DNA of 56,199 nucleotides from contig DAOWGI010000082.1 in NCBI GenBank assembly GCA_030637655.1, forward strand, positions 1 through 56,199, written 5' to 3'. The notes beneath the pieces are model-generated. The model did not search any database. It was not told the origin of the DNA and worked only from the letters and a program-made list of their open reading frames with translations. The translations under genes and the position numbers were made by a program. This document shows positions 28,759 to 38,280 of this stretch, in pieces. The stretch comes from a candidate division FCPU426 bacterium (GTDB taxonomy: Bacteria > Oederibacteriota > JAAXVQ01 > JAUVAV01). Each line of letters starts with the position of its first letter. Within the stretch, counting starts at the first letter, position 1.

Positions 28759-29154
28759 TTATTTATTAACTTTCCCAAAACCACTGCTGAGTTTTCGCAG
28801 CAACTCAGCCACAGCTTTACCGGCCCGCTTGAGAAACCCATCCGTGATTTTCCCGGCGTGAGCAGTGGCCTTTTCCGTAGAAATCGCAGCCTGCTCCAGT
28901 CCTTGCTTTGTATGTTGTGACGCTTGTTCCAAAGCTTGCCTGGTCTCTTTTTTTGCGATATCCGCCGCTTTTTCCGTTTCCCGAGCAGCCTGACCCAAGA
29001 CTTTTTCTACGGCTTGGCCGGCTTCATCCAGAGCTTTTTTTGCCTGCTGCACACTCGCTTTTGGCTCTTTGCTTTGCGCCGGCATAGTAAATAAAATAAT
29101 TAAAAGGACACCCGACAAAATACCCACAACGCTCTTACCTGTTATTAATCGCAT
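28759..29154 (-). CDS. Small exported Ala/Lys/Glu-rich helical protein
   Basis: AAAGGAG RBS 8 nt before ATG 29154; signal peptide; amphipathic helical repeats. Confidence 0.75.
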   Translation of the reverse strand: MRLITGKSVVGILSGVLLIILFTMPAQSKEPKASVQQAKKALDEAGQAVEKVLGQAARETEKAADIAKKETRQALEQASQHTKQGLEQAAISTEKATAHAGKITDGFLKRAGKAVAELLRKLSSGFGKVNK

Positions 29155-29258
29155 AATCATCACTCCTTTGATTGATCCTGCCCGTTTTACCCTTCTTAAG
29201 CTAGCACGCCGAAGGAAGGATAAGCAAGATTCTTTTCCTGGCAGGAGAATTATCGCCC

Positions 29259-32200
29259 TTATGATGACCCGGCAATATATCTGCGCCATGAAGGATTGGG
29301 ATTCCGGTATTTATCATACAATTTGATTTTTCCTTCAGGATCAACGCTGCGAATTATCCAATACACACGTCGTCTTTTTATTAACCTGGCCGGCAACGAT
29401 ATGGTGATACTTTGACCCTTATGATTAAGCGTTCCTATGGCCATAATTTTCCGGTTTGGATAAATGACTTTAAACATCGGCTGCAATATTTCCTTCATCA
29501 AGCTTTCCGGATCCTCGGCACTGATAAGTTCTTGTAAAAGTATTTTGGCTATAGCTTGCATGACTTTTGGTGATTTATTTTTATGAATCAAGCCGTCCCT
29601 GACTGCCGCCAAGGCCGGAGTGCCGGCAATAGTTGATTCAGCCAGCATCTCTTGGGCTTGAAGTACCTTTCCAAGATTGGTTTTAGTCAGGTAAGCCCGG
29701 CCATTATAAGCAATCATTGCTTTAAGCAACCAGCGCGAAAGCCGTGATCTCCTCTGCTCTTGCGCTTCCCTAAGCAAGCGTTCGCTCAAGAAACCCGGCA
29801 AATAAAAGATATACCCGCCGTTTGGATTTGGCTGCAGCCACGAACCCGTCATCAAACCTTGCCAGTAACCTAAAATAGTTTGTGTTCTGTTCAGGGTTTT
29901 AATCGTAAGTGTGCGCCCCGTGAGCAAGTCATTGGAAAATACCGGGTTAAAAGATAAGCTTTTAATTAAATTTTCAGCAAACTTAATTTCAATCGTTTTA
30001 TTAGTTATCTCTGATCTTGCTTTGCTGCCGGTAAAGCTTGGAATACTTTTCACAATTATAGACAAAGTCATAATGAGTATAAAACGCAAGCCTTGCCTAA
30101 GTGCATCCAAACCAAAAGGCAGGTAATCTTTTGATAAAGATTTGTTATACGAACGCTGATCTGAACTTATCAGGTCTATGGTTGCCAAAACCGATGCGTC
30201 TTTCGCGCTTTCAAATACTTTCTCCTCTATCTTATTAATAACCAGGGTATGCATGAACGCTCTCGCATCATAACCAATATGCCGGCCGGCAGCTGCCAAG
30301 CCAAGGCTGACAATGATAAGCATTGGTGTGTTTAAGACAAAGGATGCGGTAAAAGCAATATAAGGTGAAAAAGCTATGAATTGTTTAATTGAGTTTTTAA
30401 AATATCCTTTATAATCAGGTATTGCACCCCCAGCCAAATCGGCCCGCCATTGCAACACCTGATGTGTCAGTGCAAAAGCTGCCAGAGCAAGGCCATACCA
30501 TATTTGCCATCCCAGGAGCCCTGATATTGCCCCCGCTATTACTAATGCCGGTATTTCCCATTTTAACCCTGTTTTCCCTGCTTCAACTGCCGCTGCCATA
30601 TCACTTGGATTTTTGTATAGCTGCCAAAAATAGGCGATGGAGACAGGGGATTTAGCTTTGGCCGCTTCCATCTTCTGCTTTTCTGCTTTGTACGCTATTA
30701 TTGGCGCAATTGTTTTGGCAAAGGCTGTTACAAATTCAACTATCAGAAATACTCCGTTAAACACCCCTATGGCTTCATATTCACCGGCTTTGCCTTCTTT
30801 CTCCTCGCCGCGAAATCCGTTTTTATATGTTCCGGTACGATATGTCCCAAACTCCACTTCAATATTTTCTCCAAATATTTTCTTTAAATCTTTATCTTCT
30901 TTAAAATATTTTTCGCGTTTTTCTTTGGATAACTTTGGATTACAGTATTCATCATAGGCAGCAGGATTCATCCAAAATGCCATTTGTCCGGCAAGCCTTT
31001 CCCATTGAACTGAATCCAAGGCCCCCTTGAAAAATTCAGGCATTTGGCCTTCTCCTAAAATACCGGTACCCAGGCTTTGAAATAATTTTCTCATAAATGC
31101 CGCGCTGGTTGCCATATGTTCAGCATTTTTCCAGTCCATATGTTCCCACTTGGTGTCATGATGCCATTTGCCATACAGCAGCATAAGGGTCAGCATGTTT
31201 CTGAATAAAATTTCATTCAGCAATATTTTCAAGCATGCCTCTTCCGAATAAATATCCTTAATATACCCCAAATCCATAGCAAAACTTCCTGGATTCCTTT
31301 TAAAATCAGCCAGTACATCTTCAATACGCATATATTTCTTGCCATCACGTTCATAGCCATCTTTATCAATATTTACCGCAAATACAGCGCCCAACCAATT
31401 ACTGAGACGGCCAAGTTCCTCGCCATTATGGGCCGCCATAGAAAGAAGCGCCAAAGCTCTTGTTTGATCCGACGAATTATGACAAAAATCAGCCGGTTCC
31501 ATATGTACTTCACCTTGGGCGGCATTTTTGCCGCATACTTTGGCATTATTCAGCAATGCTTTTTCAAGCTCTTTTTCTTTTTTGATATATTCATACGTAG
31601 GCGTGCTGTCATAGTTTGATTTTGGCGGAACAATATACGCTGTTGAAATTCCGTCTTGATCCCAGGTGAATTTCTTTCCAGTTGCTTTATAAGCTGTTTC
31701 TGATGCCGCTTTAAGCTTTTTTGCTATTTCTGAACTGTCAGGACAATTTTTAAAATCGAACTTAAATGGAATATCAAATACCGGAATTGGTGTTCTCTTT
31801 GCCTTTTCCTTATTCTCGCTTTTTTTCCAATGCCTAAACACCCCAAGCTCATTTACCAGCAACCTTAAATCTTCCTCATGCTTTTTGCGTTTGATTACCA
31901 ATCGCGTGCCGTCTTCCCATGTGAAAATCACTTTTCTTCCCATAACACGTGTAAAATCCGGGAGCTTCCGGCAATTATATTTATCCGATAATTCTTTAAG
32001 ATTATAACGCTCAAGTGAGTTTATATTTATCCGCTCTAATTTAGAAGCAGATTTGGGAAACTCCGGGTTGGTTTTAAATTCTAATTTCGCGCTATTGGCA
32101 AGTATTCCCCGCATAAATATCAGTGCCGGGTTGAAAGCTTGGCCTCCATCAGATGCTATAACTATCTTTTTTACATTAGGTATTAGTTCAAATATTTTTA

Positions 32201-34754
32201 TAATCCCAGCCCGAGAAAATGTGTCGCGTATTTCTTCAATACTTTTAACTAATAAAATATATTTATTATTCTTAAAAAACGACATAACCTTCATATGTAT
32301 CATTTCTGATATAAACAAAATAATAAAGGAATCCTTAATTTTGGGATATCTTTTATTTTTAACAAATAATCTGGCACTTTCAACATTGCGCATTTCTATA
32401 AATCCAATCACTCTATTTGCTATTTCTATAAATTCCTTTTTATTTGTTATCAATTCTTGTTGCTTTGATATTATTTCAAATAATTCCCAGCAATTTTTTC
32501 CAGCTGCTAATCCCAGCACCACCAAATCCGGCCATACCTCTTTAAACTCCAGGCCATCTATTCCATCTATCATTTTCTTAATTGCCGGCAAAGCACTATT
32601 AAATAATTTATGGCGCCTCTCTCTTGAGACAGGTTCAACAAACAAGGTTGTAAATGGTTTGTAGCCGTAGGCGTCTATGACCTCTTTAAACTCCTCTTCA
32701 AATGCTTCGAAATCATCTATCTCTCCGGACAAATGTAAAATATTTCTTACGTGGATGTCCCTGAGAGTTCCTTTTTTCCAATAATTCGACGCAGACTTGA
32801 GTGTACCTATTGAAGTCTTGCCGGTAGTATCTTTTTTGCCGGCCATCATGAACACGGGTTTTTCCCGTGAAAATAGCTTCGTTATATATTCAACACCCGG
32901 TATCGCCCATGCCGCTCTCTCCCGGAGCTTTGTATCCCGGTACATATAGTGAGCTGTGAGTATTAACAGCACGGCACCTAAGGTCAACAGATTGCCTGTG
33001 AATAAAGCCGCAAGTATTGCAATTGCACTGGTAAAATTTAAAATTCCATTGGGAGTTTGCAGGCCGGATTGAAATTTTGCCGGCATTCTCTTTAATTTTG
33101 ATAGGACTGAGGTTTGTTGACTTAAGGCTTTTTTAGCTTTATTGATGGATGTGAAAAGATTATATCTCCGGCCGGCAATTTCAGGGGACTCCAATGCATT
33201 TTTAAGTTTTCCGGATGATACGATTGCGGTTATTCCTTTGATTTTGGCCTGTTTGAATTTGACTGCTATAAGCCCCGCTCCTTCTTCGGCCTGTTTTACC
33301 ATATCTGTAAATGCCATAAATTTGTCTTTAAATATTTTCATGGTTGGTGTGACTATTTCACTGTCTTGAATTTTTGATCGTAGCGCCATGATATTTTGAT
33401 TTTTTTTCAATAACTTTTCCAACGGTGTTTGTTTATTTTGCAGCAAGTCAAAATATGGATTAAGCACATCATGTTTAGTCAGGCCGGGCTTGATGGAAAG
33501 ATAAGTTATATTTCTGCTTTTAAGTTCCGCCAATACTTCAGCTTTATGAAATCCACCGTGGATCATCACACTTATATTTTGCTCCTGTTCTTCCATCTGT
33601 TTCAGCAGGTTTTCCACAAAATGTGTGCTGCGCTGGTCAGCCAGAGCATAGAACTTTGCCACTTGTTTTAAATACGCATCCAAGGCATAAATATCCATAA
33701 GCCAATCTTCCGGTACGGACGCATTGCCATACACCCCTGTCTTTTGAATAAATTCCTGGAATACCCGCACAGAATATTTTTCCCGTTGAGTACGGAAAAA
33801 GTGCAATTCTTCAGGAGTTACTGAAATACTCAGGAGCTTCTCAACTATATCCAAGCGCTGATAATAAGCATCCAACTCTCGCTGCCTTTCGGATGTATAC
33901 AATCTTCTTCTAATGGCTTTATCCAGGCCGTCTAATTCGCCAAACAATTTTTCCGGTTCTATATCCGGCGTGAAATAACTACGCTTGCTATTTAAGTAGT
34001 GCCTGAGATTTGGATATTGACTGAGATTTATTCCGTGTGTTTGGGCTTTTTTGTGGAGATAGGCTCCATAATGAAAAGTGTCAAACTTACCTTCGCGATA
34101 AGAACAATATTTAGTATTATGCTTTTTTAAGGCCGGATTATAAATATGGGTTTTTATTTCTTCCAGTATCCCACGTAAATCATAAATATATCCCTGGCTT
34201 TCACTATTTAAAAAGGTTTCAACTGCTTTGCGGCTTCCGTAATATAATTCCGGAGTTTCCAGGCCAACCAAGTGTATCGGCTGCTTGCTGGTAATGGCAT
34301 TGTACTCAGCGCCGGTTAATTTCCCCTCGCGCACAAAATAATCACATACTGCTTCTTTGATTGTGTTAATTGGAAACGCGCGATATTCCGAGGTATCAAC
34401 TTTTCCAAAGGCTCCTTCTTCCGCCACCAGCTTCACCTTATGACTTTTTATGAACCGGCTGATTATTGCGGCAATATTCTTTTGCACCTCATAATTGCAA
34501 TGCAAGTCTTCTATACAAATAACGGTTTTGCCGGTTCCTTGAAATCCGTCTTGGATGCGTCCCAGTCTTTTGGGAATAGTAAAAGACTTAGCCGAATGCT
34601 TAACCTGCAGATAGGCCGGCTGTTGCATAAGATAACTGTTTTGATCAAAAGCAAACGACAACCAGGGCAGAATAAAGCTGATGATAACAAGTGAAACTGT
34701 TGTTTTTATTAATCTGTGGAATCGCAATGGATTGGCGCCTCTTTGCAAAATCAT
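29259..34754 (-). CDS. Giant multidomain protein B (1831 aa), paralog of 283..9291, with a central SidJ-like pseudokinase domain
   Basis: IEDLHCNYEVQKNI/EEGAFG N-domain; central MGR..LVIK..E..FCHN..GRLSNW..VNI..RD..WERLAGQMAFWM..IGVFNG motif series. Confidence 0.9.
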   Translation of the reverse strand: MILQRGANPLRFHRLIKTTVSLVIISFILPWLSFAFDQNSYLMQQPAYLQVKHSAKSFTIPKRLGRIQDGFQGTGKTVICIEDLHCNYEVQKNIAAIISRFIKSHKVKLVAEEGAFGKVDTSEYRAFPINTIKEAVCDYFVREGKLTGAEYNAITSKQPIHLVGLETPELYYGSRKAVETFLNSESQGYIYDLRGILEEIKTHIYNPALKKHNTKYCSYREGKFDTFHYGAYLHKKAQTHGINLSQYPNLRHYLNSKRSYFTPDIEPEKLFGELDGLDKAIRRRLYTSERQRELDAYYQRLDIVEKLLSISVTPEELHFFRTQREKYSVRVFQEFIQKTGVYGNASVPEDWLMDIYALDAYLKQVAKFYALADQRSTHFVENLLKQMEEQEQNISVMIHGGFHKAEVLAELKSRNITYLSIKPGLTKHDVLNPYFDLLQNKQTPLEKLLKKNQNIMALRSKIQDSEIVTPTMKIFKDKFMAFTDMVKQAEEGAGLIAVKFKQAKIKGITAIVSSGKLKNALESPEIAGRRYNLFTSINKAKKALSQQTSVLSKLKRMPAKFQSGLQTPNGILNFTSAIAILAALFTGNLLTLGAVLLILTAHYMYRDTKLRERAAWAIPGVEYITKLFSREKPVFMMAGKKDTTGKTSIGTLKSASNYWKKGTLRDIHVRNILHLSGEIDDFEAFEEEFKEVIDAYGYKPFTTLFVEPVSRERRHKLFNSALPAIKKMIDGIDGLEFKEVWPDLVVLGLAAGKNCWELFEIISKQQELITNKKEFIEIANRVIGFIEMRNVESARLFVKNKRYPKIKDSFIILFISEMIHMKVMSFFKNNKYILLVKSIEEIRDTFSRAGIIKIFELIPNVKKIVIASDGGQAFNPALIFMRGILANSAKLEFKTNPEFPKSASKLERININSLERYNLKELSDKYNCRKLPDFTRVMGRKVIFTWEDGTRLVIKRKKHEEDLRLLVNELGVFRHWKKSENKEKAKRTPIPVFDIPFKFDFKNCPDSSEIAKKLKAASETAYKATGKKFTWDQDGISTAYIVPPKSNYDSTPTYEYIKKEKELEKALLNNAKVCGKNAAQGEVHMEPADFCHNSSDQTRALALLSMAAHNGEELGRLSNWLGAVFAVNIDKDGYERDGKKYMRIEDVLADFKRNPGSFAMDLGYIKDIYSEEACLKILLNEILFRNMLTLMLLYGKWHHDTKWEHMDWKNAEHMATSAAFMRKLFQSLGTGILGEGQMPEFFKGALDSVQWERLAGQMAFWMNPAAYDEYCNPKLSKEKREKYFKEDKDLKKIFGENIEVEFGTYRTGTYKNGFRGEEKEGKAGEYEAIGVFNGVFLIVEFVTAFAKTIAPIIAYKAEKQKMEAAKAKSPVSIAYFWQLYKNPSDMAAAVEAGKTGLKWEIPALVIAGAISGLLGWQIWYGLALAAFALTHQVLQWRADLAGGAIPDYKGYFKNSIKQFIAFSPYIAFTASFVLNTPMLIIVSLGLAAAGRHIGYDARAFMHTLVINKIEEKVFESAKDASVLATIDLISSDQRSYNKSLSKDYLPFGLDALRQGLRFILIMTLSIIVKSIPSFTGSKARSEITNKTIEIKFAENLIKSLSFNPVFSNDLLTGRTLTIKTLNRTQTILGYWQGLMTGSWLQPNPNGGYIFYLPGFLSERLLREAQEQRRSRLSRWLLKAMIAYNGRAYLTKTNLGKVLQAQEMLAESTIAGTPALAAVRDGLIHKNKSPKVMQAIAKILLQELISAEDPESLMKEILQPMFKVIYPNRKIMAIGTLNHKGQSITISLPARLIKRRRVYWIIRSVDPEGKIKLYDKYRNPNPSWRRYIAGSS

Positions 34755-34873
34755 GTCTCTATATCAACATCTGCCTTAAGAATTACAACTTGCTTTTAGA
34801 GTATTAATATCTGCGCATTATAGCAGGAGATTTGCCGGCAAGCGTACTTTTATTGAATCAAATTATTTTTTTT

Positions 34874-35048
34874 GTTGCATGTCGGTGAACTGTGGTTAAA
34901 CAAAGGTTGTCATCCGACCGGAAAAATATCGAAAAGGGATGCTAACGCAGCCCGAGTTTTTAATCGGGAATCTAGTTTTTTTAAACCATATCCCCGATAC
35001 AAGCATTCGGGGATGACAAACAGAAAAATCGCATGACTGGCATGTTGC
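34874..35048. mobile_element. Degenerate MITE, ATGTCAGTGAA TIR family
   Basis: Left end gttgcatgtcggtgaactgtggttaaacaaag and core cgggaatct..tatccccgatacaagcattcggggatgacaaac match 14005..14144; right TIR decayed. Confidence 0.68.
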
Positions 35049-35131
35049 CGATTGAAGTCTATTTTCTATTGTTCAATTGTTCAGGAATTTAAAAAAACAG
35101 ACTGATTGCCCAGTCTCCTAGTCAAAATAGT

Positions 35132-35962
35132 TTAGGTGCCAAAACGACTGCCTTTGGCCAGCGCGGTAAGCAAGGCTACCGCAGAAGCGGCAGCTAAAAA
35201 ACTGGTCTTGAGATTTTCCCGCGACGGGATATTTTCAGTAGTGGTGGTGAATTTTCCAAAATCACCCGCCACTTCCAGGGTGTGTGAATTCTTAGTCGTT
35301 CTTGGATCTGCAATAATATTGACACGGGTTTTATCCGGTCCCAACCCGACTAGGGAAACAGCTGCCGCCACATTGACATTGGCGGGAAAAAGCCGGATGG
35401 CACGACGTGCGGTTCCGGAAAATATGGTGGTCGCCGTTTTTAATTTCCCAGTGTCCATTTTTTTTTGCTGAAAAAATGGCGCTCCGGCCAATCCTCGGGG
35501 CGGTTTGCGAGTGGTTAAAATTACCGAACGTACTTTGCCGACGGCAGACGCGGCTTTGAGCGCGTCCAACCCGGCAATAGCTCCGGAAGGAAAATGGAGC
35601 GGACACTGCCGGCGAAAGCATTGCTCCAAAATTTCAGGATATTGGATGAGTGCTCCCACTGAGAGCAAGACCAGTTGCTTTTTTTCCCGACTAGCCGCTT
35701 GGGCAATGCTTGGGACAGCCAAACTCCCGGCAGCTTCCAGCAATACATCACATTGCTTGGCTGCCGGAGATAGGGAAACTACCTTTGGCCGGGGGGAGAG
35801 TTGCGCGGCGATGTCCAGCGCTCGCTGAAGATCAATATCGGTTAGGGTCGCAATCCGGAGCCCTGGTACTTTTTGCCTGGTAAGCGTCTTGGCCACTTGG
35901 CTGCCAATGGCTCCGCAACCAATAATCCCAATAGTAAGCCGGGATGTTTTTAACTTTGGCAT
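35132..35962 (-). CDS. nadX: L-aspartate dehydrogenase
   Basis: IGIIGCGAIG, LEAAG, SVGAL, PSGAIAGLD, TTRKPP, FPANVNVAA; adjacent to nadA. Confidence 0.93.
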   Translation of the reverse strand: MPKLKTSRLTIGIIGCGAIGSQVAKTLTRQKVPGLRIATLTDIDLQRALDIAAQLSPRPKVVSLSPAAKQCDVLLEAAGSLAVPSIAQAASREKKQLVLLSVGALIQYPEILEQCFRRQCPLHFPSGAIAGLDALKAASAVGKVRSVILTTRKPPRGLAGAPFFQQKKMDTGKLKTATTIFSGTARRAIRLFPANVNVAAAVSLVGLGPDKTRVNIIADPRTTKNSHTLEVAGDFGKFTTTTENIPSRENLKTSFLAAASAVALLTALAKGSRFGT

Positions 35963-36000
35963 GCTGCTCGCTCCCTGAGAAGATTACCGGTTGGATCGGT

Positions 36001-36936
36001 TCAGTTAATTTTTAGCATGGCTTCCAGCGCTTGGAAAGCTCCCATGCGAATCGGTTCCGGCACTTCTACCGGATACTTGATATATTCCAGAGCATCAGCT
36101 AAATCGGCTAAGGATGTCATTTTCATACTTCGGCAGACCATGCGCGAAGACAAGGGATAAAAAGTCTTTTCTGGATTTTCTTTACGCAACCGGTACAACA
36201 TGCCAATCTCCGTGCCTACAATAAACTCTGTAGCTTTCTCAGCTTTGGCCCGGCGCAGCATTTGCGAGGTCGACAGAACAGCGTCCGCTTGTCCGCACAC
36301 TTCCGGACGGCATTCCGGATGCGCCATAAATTTTGCTTCCGGATGCGCTTGTTTTGCTGCTGCCACATCTTTGGCAGTTATGTTGTTGTGCGTACAGCAG
36401 CTTCCGGGCCAAGGTATAATACGTTTCTGCGTATGGCGTGCCACCCAGTGCGCCAAATTTTTATCCGGAGCAAAGATGACCTCAGCTTGCGGCAGGGAAT
36501 TGACCACCTCTACCGCATTGGCAGACGTACAACACACATCAGCCAGGGCTTTCACCTCCGCGGGAGAATTGACATAGATCACAACTGCTGCCTGCGGATG
36601 CTGCTGCCGGGCCTGGCGCAAATCTTCGGCCGTGATGGTGTCAGCCAAAGGACAGCCGGCTTCTTTTACCGGTAACAGCACTGTCTTTTGAGGAGAAAGG
36701 AGCTTAGCGCTTTCGGCCATAAATACCACGCCGGCAAAAACAATTACTTCGGCCTCGGTTTTGGCAGCCAACCGGGCCAATTCTAAAGAGTCCCCGGTAT
36801 AATCAGCCACAGCCTGGATTTCATCCGGCTGATAATTGTGCGCGATAATCACCGCGCAACGCGTTTTTTTCCATTGTTGAATGCGGGCAATGGTCTGCTC
36901 TACGCCGGCGGATTGCCTGGCCGCAACTTGACTCAT
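36001..36936 (-). CDS. nadA: Quinolinate synthase
   Basis: AHNYQ, GDSLELA, GVVFMAE, AGCPLAD, YVNS, CCTSANA, AHPEC, CRSMK. Confidence 0.97.
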   Translation of the reverse strand: MSQVAARQSAGVEQTIARIQQWKKTRCAVIIAHNYQPDEIQAVADYTGDSLELARLAAKTEAEVIVFAGVVFMAESAKLLSPQKTVLLPVKEAGCPLADTITAEDLRQARQQHPQAAVVIYVNSPAEVKALADVCCTSANAVEVVNSLPQAEVIFAPDKNLAHWVARHTQKRIIPWPGSCCTHNNITAKDVAAAKQAHPEAKFMAHPECRPEVCGQADAVLSTSQMLRRAKAEKATEFIVGTEIGMLYRLRKENPEKTFYPLSSRMVCRSMKMTSLADLADALEYIKYPVEVPEPIRMGAFQALEAMLKIN

Positions 36937-37355
36937 TTTGCTTTTTCCTTTCCAGCTGCCGGCAATCGCTTATGTGTCCGGACCGAACCCATCCGGATTT
37001 CAGTAATGTGATTCTTTCCATCCACAAAAGCAATTCGCGGATGGAAATGTTTCAAATCGCCGTCTTCCACATCCGCATAGGCAATAATGATCACCCGGTC
37101 ATGCTTTGAGAAAAAACGGGCAGCCGCGCCATTTATGCGAACCTGACCGGATCCCCGTTTCCCTTCAATGACATACGTTTCGATCCGGGAGCCATTGTCC
37201 AAATTCAATACATGCACACGCTCAGAGCCGATAATATCCACGGCTTCGCATAATTCGCGATCAATAGTAATACTTCCCATGTAATCCAAGTGCGCACCGG
37301 TAACTGTCGCCCGATGTATTTTTGACTTCATCAAACTTCTTTTCATTGCCGTCAA
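36933..37355 (-). CDS. panD: Aspartate 1-decarboxylase
   Basis: KSKIHRATVT, YMGSITID (G-S cleavage site), NGSRIETYVI, NGAAAR. Confidence 0.97.
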   Translation of the reverse strand: MTAMKRSLMKSKIHRATVTGAHLDYMGSITIDRELCEAVDIIGSERVHVLNLDNGSRIETYVIEGKRGSGQVRINGAAARFFSKHDRVIIIAYADVEDGDLKHFHPRIAFVDGKNHITEIRMGSVRTHKRLPAAGKEKAK

Positions 37356-38278
37356 CTCCCTGATGGTACATCCACCATAATATTATCTATTAACCGGGCC
37401 TTGCCCAGCCGAACTGCGATGGCAACTAGAATCCGGCCTGCTAAAATGTTTACATCCTCCAGCGTATACGCATTTTTGGCAGCCACGTACTCAACATCCA
37501 TCAAGGACTCGGTGCGCAGACGTTTGGTTACAGCTTCCAGCATATCCTTGGGATTGCGTTCGCCGACCTGGAGCATGCCTTCGGCCAGTTTCAAGGCTTG
37601 ATAAATCGCAGGAGCCGCGCGCCGTTCTTCTTCACTCAAATAACTGTTGCGCGAACTTTTTGCCAAACCGTCGTTTTCCCGTATGGTAGGCAGCACAACT
37701 ATTTCACAGCCCACATTCAAATCCACAACCATCCGTTGTATGATTAAGACTTGCTGATAATCTTTCTGTCCCAAGAACGTTTTGTGCGGCCGGATAATAT
37801 TCAGCAGTTTGGTGACAACTGTGGTGACACCGGCAAAATGCTCGGGACGATTTTTTCCGCATAAGGTCCGGATGTATTGATCCCCCACCTTTACTTGCGC
37901 AGTAAAATCCGGCGGATACATTTCTTTGGCCGCAGGCACAAACAACACATCCACTTTTTCTTGGGCAGCCAAACGCGTATCGCGTTTAAGATCGCGGGGA
38001 TAGGCCTCCTGATCTTCTTGCGGTCCAAATTGCAGTGGATTCACAAAGATGGAGGCTACTACACGATCGCAGGTCTTGCGCGCTTCGCGAATTAAAGAAA
38101 GATGACCTTCATGAAAAGCGCCCATGGTTGGGACAAACCCGATTTTCTTCCGGTTGCCGCGCCAGCGTTCAATCACGATCTCCATTTCACGTATCGTGGT
38201 CACTACTTTGACTTTGGCTGTTCGTTTGGTTTTGTTCGCGCCAATACTACTTGCTGCAGAATTGCGTTCCGCGATCAT
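37352..38278 (-). CDS. panC: Pantoate--beta-alanine ligase
   Basis: FVPTMGAFHEGH, SIFVNPLQF, RPEHFAGV, GQKDYQQ, SSRN, RLIDN. Confidence 0.97.
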   Translation of the reverse strand: MIAERNSAASSIGANKTKRTAKVKVVTTIREMEIVIERWRGNRKKIGFVPTMGAFHEGHLSLIREARKTCDRVVASIFVNPLQFGPQEDQEAYPRDLKRDTRLAAQEKVDVLFVPAAKEMYPPDFTAQVKVGDQYIRTLCGKNRPEHFAGVTTVVTKLLNIIRPHKTFLGQKDYQQVLIIQRMVVDLNVGCEIVVLPTIRENDGLAKSSRNSYLSEEERRAAPAIYQALKLAEGMLQVGERNPKDMLEAVTKRLRTESLMDVEYVAAKNAYTLEDVNILAGRILVAIAVRLGKARLIDNIMVDVPSGS

Positions 38279-38280
38279 TT

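Noticed and set aside
29155-29289. Long N-terminal extension of the 28759 ORF overlapping giant gene B
   Set aside because: A better start with RBS and signal peptide exists at 29154, which removes the overlap.
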